NCBI GenBank assembly: GCA_964355645.1
Contig: CAYHDI010000002.1
Coordinates: forward strand, 92,522-156,521
Source of the DNA: an uncultured Candidatus Saccharibacteria bacterium
GTDB lineage: Bacteria > Patescibacteriota > Minisyncoccia > Phycocordibacterales > Zambryskibacteraceae
DNA length: 64,000 nt
Direction of reading: 5' to 3'
Shown here: positions 1 through 8,870 of the stretch, piece after piece
Numbering within the stretch: position 1 is the first letter of the stretch
Layout: each line of letters starts with the position of its first letter
Program-made: the position numbers and the translations under genes
The notes under the pieces: model-generated
The model's database searches: none
What the model saw: only the letters and a program-made list of their open reading frames with translations
What the model was told of the DNA's origin: nothing

Positions 1-4
1 TAAA

Positions 5-244
5 ATGTATCATATTTATATTCTTAAATTGTCAAACGGCTCGTATTATGTCGGCAGTACGGGGAATCTAGAAAATAGAATGAAGGCTCATTCATCTGGA
101 AAAGTTTATTCAACAAAAAATAAATTACCTTTTATACTTTTATATACTGAAAAATTCTCTAATCGCTCATCCGCAGTACAGCGGGAATATCAAATAAAGA
201 GTTGGAAAAAGAGAGTAGCTATTGAAAGATTGTTAAATAAGTAA
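5..244 (+). CDS. GIY-YIG nuclease superfamily small protein (79 aa)
   Basis: Motif YYVGSTGNLENRMKAH is typical of the GIY-YIG domain. A stop codon of the previous gene sits at 1-3. Confidence 0.65.
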   Translation: MYHIYILKLSNGSYYVGSTGNLENRMKAHSSGKVYSTKNKLPFILLYTEKFSNRSSAVQREYQIKSWKKRVAIERLLNK

Positions 245-357
245 TAACATCACGTAAGGTCCCGACCTTGACTTCAGTCAGGTCGAGGACCCACGATTTT
301 GTATTCCGATCTTGAGATCGTGAATCCTCGATTGCAAAGCAATCGGGACAAAATCAA

Positions 358-429
358 GGCCCTATCGTCTATCGGTCAGGACACATCCTTCTCAAGGATG
401 GAAGCAGAGTTCGACTCTCTGTAGGGTCA
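358..429 (+). tRNA. tRNA-Glu (anticodon CUC), 72 nt
   Basis: Hand-folded cloverleaf. Acceptor is GGCCCUA/UAGGGUC with one G-U pair. D-arm GUCU-AUCGGUCA-GGAC matches E. coli tRNA-Glu (UCGUCUA...AGGACAC). Anticodon stem CAUCC/GGAUG with loop UUCUCAA gives anticodon CUC. Variable loop is 4 nt. T-arm is CAGAG-UUCGACU-CUCUG, discriminator A. Confidence 0.6.
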
Positions 430-460
430 TAAATATTTTTTGTTTAAAAGTTTTTAAAAA

Positions 461-493
461 GAAAAACCCGTTCCGAATGGAATTCGGAACGGG
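461..493 (-). terminator. Rho-independent terminator for the minus-strand gene ending at 506
   Basis: Hairpin cccgttccgaa/ttcggaacggg preceded on + by an A-run, which is a T-run after the hairpin on the minus strand. Confidence 0.5.
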
Positions 494-505
494 TGGACAG
501 AATCA

Positions 506-1150
506 CTAAATTACAGCATCGAGCAGTCCAAGCCTCTTGGCTTCGGGAGCGAGGATGAACCTTTCGTCCAGAAGGAACCCACGCACCTTGCTCGGGCGCA
601 ATCCGCTCCTGCTGGAGATTTCCTCGACGTAGCGTCTTCTAGCAAAATTCAGATTCTTGATATGCGCTCTGAAAGACGCAGTCAATACCTTGAGATTTGT
701 ATCTGGGGTAATCAAAGGCCTTGGTTCATACGTCGGATTGTGAAAGTGGAATCGGGCATTCTTTGCCCCGATTCTCACAGTCATACCTTGCATGATGAAT
801 GCTGCTGACGAATAAGCTTTCCCGAGTAGAACACCGATTGAAGGTGCTCTAATCAAACGAAGAGTATCGAAAATGCGCATGGCACCCTCGTGATTTCCTC
901 CGTTTGAATTTATTCGTACCCAGATTGGTTCTTCCGAACACTGGTCATCAAGTTCGTGAAGCTTGAGCACGATTGCATCGCACTCTGCTTGAAGCAAATC
1001 ATCTCCAAACCACACTGTTCGCGCGGGCCTCGACTTATGAATCAAGGCACGTGCGCCACCAGCTCTACGAATGAGGGGATGCATGCATGCCTCCGTTTTT
1101 GCGTTGGGGGGACTTGACTTCGGGTGAACAATCTGTATATAATATATCAT
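506..1150 (-). CDS. ClpP-family (S14-like) serine protease, GC-rich, likely horizontally acquired
   Basis: INSNGGNHEGAMRIFDTL resembles ClpP INSPGG...IYDT. GKAYSSAAF and HFHNP resemble the ClpP Ser and His regions. Local GC is about 55% against about 38% in the surroundings. The true start is uncertain. Confidence 0.6.
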   Translation of the reverse strand: MIYYIQIVHPKSSPPNAKTEACMHPLIRRAGGARALIHKSRPARTVWFGDDLLQAECDAIVLKLHELDDQCSEEPIWVRINSNGGNHEGAMRIFDTLRLIRAPSIGVLLGKAYSSAAFIMQGMTVRIGAKNARFHFHNPTYEPRPLITPDTNLKVLTASFRAHIKNLNFARRRYVEEISSRSGLRPSKVRGFLLDERFILAPEAKRLGLLDAVI

Positions 1151-1177
1151 AGCTTACTAATGTAGTCAAATATAATA

Positions 1178-1351
1178 ATGCCTGAAAAAGAAGAGCAGTT
1201 TAATCCAAGCGCCGATAGACCATTAGGCGTAGAGGATGACAAAAGAGGGGATGATGAAGAAATTGTATTTTGGAGTAGTCCGTCAGGAACGGTAGAAAAA
1301 GGAACCAGAGAAGAAAGAGATATAGCCATGGAGCATTACAAAGAGAGATAA
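1178..1351 (+). CDS. Candidate small acidic protein (57 aa), not in ORF track
   Basis: ATG at 1178 and TAA at 1349-1351. Product is MPEKEEQFNPSADRPLGVEDDKRGDDEEIVFWSSPSGTVEKGTREERDIAMEHYKER. A hairpin plus T-run follows at 1376-1411. No homology recognised. Confidence 0.2.
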   Translation: MPEKEEQFNPSADRPLGVEDDKRGDDEEIVFWSSPSGTVEKGTREERDIAMEHYKER

Positions 1352-1393
1352 AAGAAAAATTCATATCTAAAACAAAAACCCTCATCACATACA

Positions 1394-4159
1394 GTGGCGA
1401 GGGTTTTTGCGTGTTATAATTTTCGTATGCCAAACGAGACTCTTTCCTTTAAAAACTCAGCTGAAGAATTGGAGCATCTGCGTTCCAAAGTTTTAGAGCA
1501 AGAACGGCGTTTAGAAAAATTTGAAATTAAAAAGGATAGGAATGAGGTCATTCGTGATACATTTCGAGATTATAAAGCCAATCAGGTTTTAAATTTAACC
1601 CAGGTAGAAAACAACGAAGCAAGGTTAAACGCTGAGGAAATTTTGAAAAAGGAAGCCGATAGACAACTTCAGGAAATGATGGGTATTACGGAGAAGAAAG
1701 GTATCCTACAGGCACTCATTACAGTAGAAAAGATGAATGGCTGGAAGCTCGAAGACGATTTTCATGATTATTTGGTGAATTTAGTCAGTGAAGGTCTAGC
1801 CCCAAAGGGGGTAGAAGAGAAAGGTCCCCTCTATCGGGCGCTCAAGATGACTTTGTTTGAAGTGGTTTTACCAGACACAGCCAATACTGATGAGAACAAA
1901 AAAAATCTTGTGACGCTTATCTCAAGCATGGAGCAGTTTTATGCTGGTATGCTTTCGGTGTCAGAAGAAAAAACCATGGGGAAAAATTATTTTGTTTTGG
2001 AAATCGCTAATAGTCATGGAAGCGAAGAATTTATTTTTTATGTATCTGTGCCGAATGAGAAGAAGATGCTCTTTGAGAAACATTTGCTCAGCGTTTTCCC
2101 CACAGCTCGATTGGTCGAAAGGAAAAGGGACTACAATATTTTCTCCGAAGGTAGCATCGCCTTGGCCTCTGTGGCTCGACTTTCATCTCCATCAGCCATG
2201 CCTCTGAAAACTTATGAATTGTTTGATTATGATCCACTAAATACTATTTTGAATAGTTTTTCGAAGATTCCGCGTGATGGTTCTGGGGCGGCCATACAGA
2301 TTATCTTTAATCCACAAGGCGATTTATATACCAAGAAATACCAGTTTGCTCTTAAACAAATAGAGAAGGGAGAGAAAACTTCTGAGGCCATTGCCGAACG
2401 TTCGGGTTTGGCTGAAGTCTCTCATGCTTTCGGAGAGTTTTTCACTTCGACCAAAAAGAAAGATGAGACAAAGCCAATCCAAATTGATTCATTGGCCATA
2501 GAGAAAATAAAGACCAAACTTCTTAGCCCCACAGTCTCAACAAATATTCGCGTGGCTGTTTCCGGTCGAACTCCACAGGAGGCCGAACAAATTCTCGCTG
2601 ATATTGAGTCGGGTTTTAATCAATTCGAACAGCCAGGAGTAAACAAGTTTGTTTTCAAAAGAGTTAAGCAGAATGCTGCTCCAAATTTCTTTAGGAATTT
2701 TTCTTTTAGACTCTTCGCCTTCGATCAAGTGATACCTTTGAATCTCAAAGAATTGACCTCAATCTTTCATTTTCATACTGGAGCGCTCTCTGGACGAAGT
2801 GAACTCAAACAAACCAAGGCTGTTGGCTCAGGCGCGCCTCTCGGCCTTCCTTCATCCGGCACTCTTCTTGGTTTGAATCGATTTAGAAACATTGAGACGA
2901 AGGTTTATCTTGCTCCTGAAGATCGTTTGAGACATTTCTACACTATTGGTCAGACAGGAACAGGTAAGTCCACCCTTTTGAAAAACATGATTATTCAAGA
3001 TATTCAAGCCGGCGAAGGTGTGTGTATGATTGATCCACACGGAGTAGACATCACCGATGTGCTCGCGAATATTCCGAAAGAACGATGGGACGATGTGATT
3101 TATTTTGATCCGGCTTCAACGGATAGGCCGATGGCTTTAAACATGCTCGAATATAATTCTAAATATCCAGAGCAGAAAACTTTCGTCGTGAATGAATTGT
3201 TTAATATTTTCCAAAAGCTATACGGCAAGGTGCCCGAATCAATGGGGCCAATGTTTGAACAATATTTTAGAAATGCCGCCATGCTCGTGATTGAAGACCC
3301 CGAATCCGGTTCTACCCTGCTTGATGTCTCACGAGTTCTCTCGAACAAAGAATATCGAACGCTCAAACTTTCAAAATGCCAGAACCCAATCATTGTTCAA
3401 TTTTGGAAGGAGGTAGCCGAGAAAGCTGGTGGGGAAACTTCACTCGCCAACATTGTGCCTTACATCACTTCCAAGTTCGATGTCTTCCTCGCGAACGACA
3501 TTATGCGTCCGATTATTGCCCAAGAGAAATCGTCTTTTGATTTTAGGGAAATAATGGATAAGAAAAAAATCCTTCTTGTTAATCTCTCGAAAGGAAGGCT
3601 GGGAGATATTAATGCGAACCTAATCGGACTTATCCTGGTGGGCAAAATTCTGATGGCTGCACTTTCTAGGACGGATTCAATGGGTATGCCTATGCCCCCG
3701 TTTTATTTGTATATTGATGAATTTCAAAATATCACGACGAATTCTATTGCCACTATTCTTTCGGAAGCCCGCAAATACAAGCTTTCACTCAATATTGCGC
3801 ATCAATACATCGCTCAACTTGAGGAAAATATTAAAAACGCTGTGTTTGGAAACGTCGGTACCTTGGCTACATTTCGAGTGGGTACAGATGATGCAGAGTA
3901 TTTGGAAAAACAATACGCGCCGGTTTTCACTGCGAGTGACATTGTAAATATTGATAACCGTAATGCTTATCTCAAGATGCTTGTGGATGGTAGACCGGTT
4001 AAACCGTTTAATCTTGAAACCCTAGCTCCGCCGGTAGGGGATTCGGCCCAAATAAACATGCTCAAAGAAACATCGTTTGAAAAATATGGAGGCAACAAAA
4101 TGGAAATAGAAGCCAAAATTCTCTTAAAGTATAATCCGTCTGTTCAAGTAGGAAAATAA
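1394..4159 (+). CDS. Large P-loop NTPase of the FtsK/HerA/TraG(VirD4)-like superfamily, no N-terminal TM. Probable start at M12, near 1427
   Basis: Walker A IGQTGTGKSTLLKNMI and Walker B YLYIDEFQNITT sit in the C-terminal half. A coiled-coil N-terminal region of about 450 aa is of unknown function. Confidence 0.55.
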   Translation: MARVFACYNFRMPNETLSFKNSAEELEHLRSKVLEQERRLEKFEIKKDRNEVIRDTFRDYKANQVLNLTQVENNEARLNAEEILKKEADRQLQEMMGITEKKGILQALITVEKMNGWKLEDDFHDYLVNLVSEGLAPKGVEEKGPLYRALKMTLFEVVLPDTANTDENKKNLVTLISSMEQFYAGMLSVSEEKTMGKNYFVLEIANSHGSEEFIFYVSVPNEKKMLFEKHLLSVFPTARLVERKRDYNIFSEGSIALASVARLSSPSAMPLKTYELFDYDPLNTILNSFSKIPRDGSGAAIQIIFNPQGDLYTKKYQFALKQIEKGEKTSEAIAERSGLAEVSHAFGEFFTSTKKKDETKPIQIDSLAIEKIKTKLLSPTVSTNIRVAVSGRTPQEAEQILADIESGFNQFEQPGVNKFVFKRVKQNAAPNFFRNFSFRLFAFDQVIPLNLKELTSIFHFHTGALSGRSELKQTKAVGSGAPLGLPSSGTLLGLNRFRNIETKVYLAPEDRLRHFYTIGQTGTGKSTLLKNMIIQDIQAGEGVCMIDPHGVDITDVLANIPKERWDDVIYFDPASTDRPMALNMLEYNSKYPEQKTFVVNELFNIFQKLYGKVPESMGPMFEQYFRNAAMLVIEDPESGSTLLDVSRVLSNKEYRTLKLSKCQNPIIVQFWKEVAEKAGGETSLANIVPYITSKFDVFLANDIMRPIIAQEKSSFDFREIMDKKKILLVNLSKGRLGDINANLIGLILVGKILMAALSRTDSMGMPMPPFYLYIDEFQNITTNSIATILSEARKYKLSLNIAHQYIAQLEENIKNAVFGNVGTLATFRVGTDDAEYLEKQYAPVFTASDIVNIDNRNAYLKMLVDGRPVKPFNLETLAPPVGDSAQINMLKETSFEKYGGNKMEIEAKILLKYNPSVQVGK

Positions 4160-4169
4160 ACAAATGAAA

Positions 4170-4192
4170 GGGGCGGACTATGTGTCCGCCCC
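4170..4192. terminator. GC-rich hairpin, probable bidirectional terminator
   Basis: ggggcggac-tatgt-gtccgcccc lies between convergent genes. A T-rich tract follows on the minus strand. Confidence 0.45.
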
Positions 4193-4216
4193 ATTGACCG
4201 TGTTGGTGGTCAGCCA

Positions 4217-4573
4217 TCATCCTTCGAGCATCATGTCATGCATCTCGTCGCGCCTTGCTTCGACTCCGGCGCCAGCCGCGAGATCACGTCCCGAGAGCTT
4301 GGGTTCGTCTCGATGAGGACGAAGAACCAAAACACCGATGACCTTTCGGTTCTCAAACGACCTCTTGCTTTCCTCGGACCTCAGTGAGGAGACCTGATCG
4401 ACGATGTCAGCAACTTCATGCTCGTCTGATGTCACCCCTCGGACGATGCGCCGCAGAATCACGAACACATCAGTATTGGGGCTCTCTCCCATCTTGTCCT
4501 TCCAAGTTCTGAGTAGATCCGAGGCCTTCTCTTTGCTGAGTTGCATCCTGCCCTCCTTAGGGTTCGGTCGCAC
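4217..4573 (-). CDS. Hypothetical protein, GC-rich orphan ORF (about 55% GC)
   Basis: Long ORF in a compositionally foreign block spanning 4200-4600. No recognisable domain. Confidence 0.4.
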   Translation of the reverse strand: MRPNPKEGRMQLSKEKASDLLRTWKDKMGESPNTDVFVILRRIVRGVTSDEHEVADIVDQVSSLRSEESKRSFENRKVIGVLVLRPHRDEPKLSGRDLAAGAGVEARRDEMHDMMLEG

Positions 4574-4678
4574 TCACACATTGCCTAACATAAAGACTAG
4601 CACATCTGAATCAAAAAGTCAAGCACGAAATTGCAACTGGGGATAACTCTCCTTCGCTAAAGCTTCGGAAGGGCAGGC

Positions 4679-5137
4679 TTAAAAGAAGGAATCTATGGCC
4701 TTTTTTACCAGCATTCCGTCGGCTCTGCCTTTAAGTTCTTTCATGACAAAACCGAGAAATCGGTTTTTGTCACCCCGCGTAGCCTCTGGCGTAGTGGGGT
4801 CAGCAAACTTATTTTTCACATATTCAATTATTTCTTGTTCACTCATCTGAGCTGGTAAATATTTCTCTAAGATTAATAGTTCGGCTTTTTCTGCGAGAGC
4901 CAAATCTGTTCGGTTTCCTTTCTCAAATTGCTCAATCGAGTCTTTTCTTTGTTTAACTTGTCGGCTTATCACATTCAGTACGTCTTCGTCCAAAAGTTCT
5001 TCATCGGGTTTTCTACGCTTGGCTACTAGTTCGTTGGTGAAAGCCGAGACAAGCCCGCGCACCACTCCGAGTCGCACCGTATCCTTGGCCAGCATGGCCT
5101 CCTTTATTTCTCCTTTGATTTGTTGATGTAATGACAT
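4679..5137 (-). CDS. yqeY: GatB/YqeY domain protein
   Basis: Full-length similarity to the YqeY family: ...GDKNRFLGFVMKELKGRAD... Confidence 0.75.
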   Translation of the reverse strand: MSLHQQIKGEIKEAMLAKDTVRLGVVRGLVSAFTNELVAKRRKPDEELLDEDVLNVISRQVKQRKDSIEQFEKGNRTDLALAEKAELLILEKYLPAQMSEQEIIEYVKNKFADPTTPEATRGDKNRFLGFVMKELKGRADGMLVKKAIDSFF

Positions 5138-5153
5138 GTTATAATCCTATCAT

Positions 5154-6209
5154 ATGTCAGCGACCCTCATCACTCTTTTTGTCCTCATTGCTCTAGTGTT
5201 ATTTTTGATTTGGAAAACGAGTCAAAAGCCAGAAAAGGAAGAGGGGAAGGGGCTCGAATTGATTCTCCAACAGGTCAACGAACTTTCTCGGACGATGGAC
5301 AGCAAGATGAATGAGACGAACAAAATGATGCACGAATCAGTGCGCTCTCAATTTGGTGAATCACAGAAATTGATTAAAGATATCACTCAAGAACTTTCGA
5401 TGGTCAAGGAGACGGGGCGCAGAGTTGAAGGATTCGCCGATCAACTTCAATCTCTTCAGGATATTTTAAAAAATCCGAAGCAAAGGGGGATTCTCGGAGA
5501 ATATTATCTGGAAACACTTTTGAAAAACACCATGCCTCCGGGGAGCTTCGCGATGCAGTATCAGCTCGGTGCTGATGGAGATGGCAACAAACTTATCCCA
5601 GATGCAGTGGTGTTCGTGAAGGAGAAAATAATTCCTATTGATTCTAAATTCTCACTTGAGAATTATAACCGTCTAGTAGAAGAAAAAGATCCTGTTCAGA
5701 AGGACAAATTGGAAAAAATGTTTGTTAGTGATTTGAAAAATAGAATTAGTGAGACCTCTAAATATATTCAGCCGAGTTTGGGTACGATGGACTTTGCCTT
5801 TATGTTTATTCCTCACGAGGCTATTTATTATGATTTGATTGTGAACAAAATCGGCGCTCTCCAAGAAGATACAGAGAGTCTGATTCAACGAGCCGCTTCT
5901 AAATATAAAGTAATTATTGTCTCACCGACTTCATTCCTCGCGTACCTTCAAACCGTCCTTCAGGCTTTGAATGCCATGCAAATAGAAGAGAAAGCCCAAG
6001 ACATTATCAAGCGTGTGGGCGAGCTCGGGAAGCACCTCAAATCCTATGAAGATTATTATTCCAAGCTTGGAAATTCTCTTGGTACAGTGGTGAATCATTA
6101 CAATGCTGGAGGCAAGGAATTAAGCAAGGTAGATAAGGATGTTTTGCGAATTACGGGCAAAGAAGCCGGTCTTGACCCGTTGACTTTGGAGCGTCCTTCT
6201 GTAGAATAG
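5154..6209 (+). CDS. rmuC: DNA recombination protein RmuC
   Basis: N-terminal TM helix, coiled coil, and C-terminal motifs DFAFMFIPHEAIYYDL and VIIVSPTSFLAYLQTV. Confidence 0.8.
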   Translation: MSATLITLFVLIALVLFLIWKTSQKPEKEEGKGLELILQQVNELSRTMDSKMNETNKMMHESVRSQFGESQKLIKDITQELSMVKETGRRVEGFADQLQSLQDILKNPKQRGILGEYYLETLLKNTMPPGSFAMQYQLGADGDGNKLIPDAVVFVKEKIIPIDSKFSLENYNRLVEEKDPVQKDKLEKMFVSDLKNRISETSKYIQPSLGTMDFAFMFIPHEAIYYDLIVNKIGALQEDTESLIQRAASKYKVIIVSPTSFLAYLQTVLQALNAMQIEEKAQDIIKRVGELGKHLKSYEDYYSKLGNSLGTVVNHYNAGGKELSKVDKDVLRITGKEAGLDPLTLERPSVE

Positions 6210-6216
6210 ACTACCT

Positions 6217-6627
6217 ATGGAAACAAAGCCTAAAACCAAGACAATTAAACCTAAAGTAGCTTCTAAAACCACTCCAAAGGCTCAAAAGGCCCCTAAAACA
6301 GACACAAACTCATTTGTGGTATTTGCTACGGGTGGTAAGCAGTATCGAGCCTCAATAGGGGATTTGGTTAAAATTGAGAAGATTATCGGGGAATATAAGG
6401 AGGGAGACAAGCTCGTATTCGACAAGATTCTTCTTGTTGATGATGGAGCGTCTGAAACTTCTATCGGTACACCATTCATCAAGGGTGCAAACGTGGGTGC
6501 TACTCTAAAAAAGATTGGACGTTATCCAACTATTGATGTCATCAAATACAAACAAAAGTCCCGCTATTTCAAAAAGAACGGCCACCGACAACCATACTTC
6601 GAAATTCAGATTGATTCGATTAAATAA
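6217..6627 (+). CDS. rplU: 50S ribosomal protein L21 with a Lys/Thr-rich N-terminal extension
   Basis: FVVFATGGKQYRASIGDLVKIEKI matches the L21 core. Confidence 0.85.
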   Translation: METKPKTKTIKPKVASKTTPKAQKAPKTDTNSFVVFATGGKQYRASIGDLVKIEKIIGEYKEGDKLVFDKILLVDDGASETSIGTPFIKGANVGATLKKIGRYPTIDVIKYKQKSRYFKKNGHRQPYFEIQIDSIK

Positions 6628-6722
6628 AGGAAAATAAAACAAATTTTTCTTTGCACGATAGTTCTCTGCTGAAAACTTCTCCTCTCAAGCCAAGCTTTCC
6701 GAGAGGCACGAAAAAGTTTGTT

Positions 6723-7340
6723 TTATTTTGTTCTATGCAAGAACGCATTCTTTAGGGTTTCAGGGTCGGCGTATTCGAGTTCGATGCCGGTTGAAAGCCC
6801 TCGACCGAGAACGGAAACGGTTATATTGGGGGTGAGTTTTTTGATTTGTTCCTTCAGATAATCCGCCGTGTTTTCTCCTTCGGCATTTGCATTCATTCCC
6901 AGAATAATTTCTTTGATGTTTGACTTTTGACTTTCTACTTTTGACTTTAAGTCTTTCAGCCTAATGCGTTTCTCAGGTTCCTTCTCAAGAATCGGTAGTG
7001 AACCACCGAGCACGAAGTAGTATCCCTTGTACCCCCCACTTTTCTCAATCGCTTCAAGGTCAATGTCTCGAGGAACAATCATGAGCTCAGATTTATCTCG
7101 AGTATCATCCGAGCAGATTGAGCACTTTTTTTGCACTTGTCCTGAGCTTGTCGAAGGAAAAAACCTCATGCACTCATCGCATTGGGTAATTTCTTTTTTC
7201 AAATTTTCTATAGCACCGACTAAATCTTTCGAAAATCCATTTTGTCTATGGAGCAAATAATAAACAAACCGTTTAGCTTGCCGTGGTCCAATTCCGGGGA
7301 AGTGAGAAAATATTTCTGAAAGTTTATCTATTGAGTTCAT
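6723..7340 (-). CDS. recR: Recombination protein RecR
   Basis: HhH motif FPGIGPRQAKR, a C4 zinc finger (CDEC...CSICSD), and a Toprim domain. Confidence 0.9.
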   Translation of the reverse strand: MNSIDKLSEIFSHFPGIGPRQAKRFVYYLLHRQNGFSKDLVGAIENLKKEITQCDECMRFFPSTSSGQVQKKCSICSDDTRDKSELMIVPRDIDLEAIEKSGGYKGYYFVLGGSLPILEKEPEKRIRLKDLKSKVESQKSNIKEIILGMNANAEGENTADYLKEQIKKLTPNITVSVLGRGLSTGIELEYADPETLKNAFLHRTK

Positions 7341-7385
7341 TTTTCCTTATTTAACTTATTAACCTTATCAAACTTATTCAACTAA

Positions 7386-8795
7386 CTAAAAGTTTTTAAA
7401 CTCTTCCTCCGCCTTGCCATAGTTACTATAATCAATTTCAACGAAAGTATTGTGTCGTGTGTGATAATCGAGAGTGACGGTGCCGAGCGGACCATTTCGA
7501 TGCTTGGCAATGATTAATTCCTTGCGTTGAATTTCTTTTATCTTTCCGCTTTCATCTCGCAAATCATCTGTATCAGCATGGATAAACATCACGAGGTCGG
7601 CATCCTGTTCAATCGAGCCCGAATCACGAAGATCAGAAAGCTTTGGTTTGCCTCCGCGGGTTTCTACGGCTCTAGAGAGCTGTGAGAGGGCGATGACGGG
7701 TATATCGAGCTCACGAGCAAGGTGTTTGAGAGAACGAGAAATCTCTGTCACTTGTTGAACCAATGATTCAGAGTTCTTGGTGTTTGTGGGGGCCATGAGT
7801 TGAAGATAGTCCACAATCAAAAGTTTCAAGCCCTTTTCAATTTTGAGTTTCCTCGCTGCTGAACGCATTTTGAGTACGGTGTTTCCGGCTTGGTCATCAA
7901 TATATATTGGTGTGCGAGACAAATCATCGAGGGCATCGCGAATATTTTTGAAAGTATCATCTCTCCATGTGCCTGTTTGAGTACGAATGCCTTTCCTAAT
8001 GACCGAGGCGTCTATTTGAGATTGAGCGGAGACAATACGATCAACGAGTTGATCGGCACTCATTTCAAGAGAAAAGATTCCAACAGGGATTTGATACTGA
8101 CTCGCAGCTTTGCGGGCAATGTCCAAAGCAAGAGCCGTCTTTCCGACCGAAGGTCGAGCCGCGATAATGATGAGATCTGATTTTTGAAAACCTCCGAGAA
8201 TATCATCAAGTGATTTGAATCCTGTTGGTACTCCACGAAGCTCATGTTCAGGCGAGGACAGCTTTTCAAACCTCTCGTATGCATCCACCAGTAGAGGTTT
8301 GAGGTCTTTGAAATTTTGGGCCGATGAGAAGTGTTGAGTGATGTCGAAAACTTTTTTCTCTGCGTGATCGAGGATTTCTTCAAGCTCACCGGATTCATCG
8401 AAGCCGAGATGAGAAATGAATTCAGATGCGTTAATAAGTTCTCGCATCATAAACTTCTTCTCAACAATTTCGGCGTAATGCTTCACATTCGCTGAAGAGG
8501 GGACAATGGAAGTCAATTCGGTTAGAAATGTCGTCCCGCCAATTCGATCGAGAACTCCCTTCTCTTTTAATCTCGATGAGAGTGAGAGGATGTCGATAGG
8601 TTGATGTTTGCCGAAAATCTCAAGCATGGTCTCGAAGATTGTTCGGTGTTTTTCAAAATAAAAAGAATTCGCAGAGACAATATCCATCACTTCATAAATA
8701 CAATCCGGTCGAAGCATGACAGAACCGAGTAGGGCCATTTCAGCTTCAAGTGATTGGGGTGGAATTCTGAGTTTGGATTTGTCTATTTCGGGCAT
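7386..8795 (-). CDS. dnaB: Replicative DNA helicase DnaB
   Basis: Walker A ARPSVGKTALALDIA, a DnaB N-terminal domain, and H4 motifs. Confidence 0.9.
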   Translation of the reverse strand: MPEIDKSKLRIPPQSLEAEMALLGSVMLRPDCIYEVMDIVSANSFYFEKHRTIFETMLEIFGKHQPIDILSLSSRLKEKGVLDRIGGTTFLTELTSIVPSSANVKHYAEIVEKKFMMRELINASEFISHLGFDESGELEEILDHAEKKVFDITQHFSSAQNFKDLKPLLVDAYERFEKLSSPEHELRGVPTGFKSLDDILGGFQKSDLIIIAARPSVGKTALALDIARKAASQYQIPVGIFSLEMSADQLVDRIVSAQSQIDASVIRKGIRTQTGTWRDDTFKNIRDALDDLSRTPIYIDDQAGNTVLKMRSAARKLKIEKGLKLLIVDYLQLMAPTNTKNSESLVQQVTEISRSLKHLARELDIPVIALSQLSRAVETRGGKPKLSDLRDSGSIEQDADLVMFIHADTDDLRDESGKIKEIQRKELIIAKHRNGPLGTVTLDYHTRHNTFVEIDYSNYGKAEEEFKNF

Positions 8796-8870
8796 AAGCC
8801 TATGCTACCAGTCGGGAGGTTCTTCGCAAACTAGCAACAGAGTATAAATCGGTGTGTAAGGTGGGGATAC

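Noticed and set aside
1147-1433. Two overlapping minus-strand ORFs (1147-1329 and 1200-1433) in the AT-rich spacer between the ClpP-like and ATPase genes.
   Set aside because: They are low-complexity and mutually overlapping. The + strand 57-codon ORF with its own terminator is a more parsimonious, though still weak, reading.
1941-2207. Numerous short ORFs embedded in or antisense to long genes in the six-frame track, for example 1941-2207, 7890-8180, 16022-16270, 29878-30327, 46134-46628 and 54351-54971.
   Set aside because: They overlap well-supported conserved genes, lack any recognisable motif, and are typical antisense artefacts of AT/GC-skewed coding DNA.
6912-6950. Recurring DNA motif TTTTGACTTTTGACTT (reverse complement AAAGTCAAAAGTCAAAAG) inside recR (6912-6950), mnmA (42078-42100) and leuS (47356-47385), encoding KSQKSKV-like peptides. 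Considered as a small in-frame mobile insertion.
   Set aside because: Alignment from memory to E. coli LeuRS and MnmA shows no length gain at these positions. They are Lys/Ser-rich variable linkers, and the DNA similarity is probably codon-usage driven.
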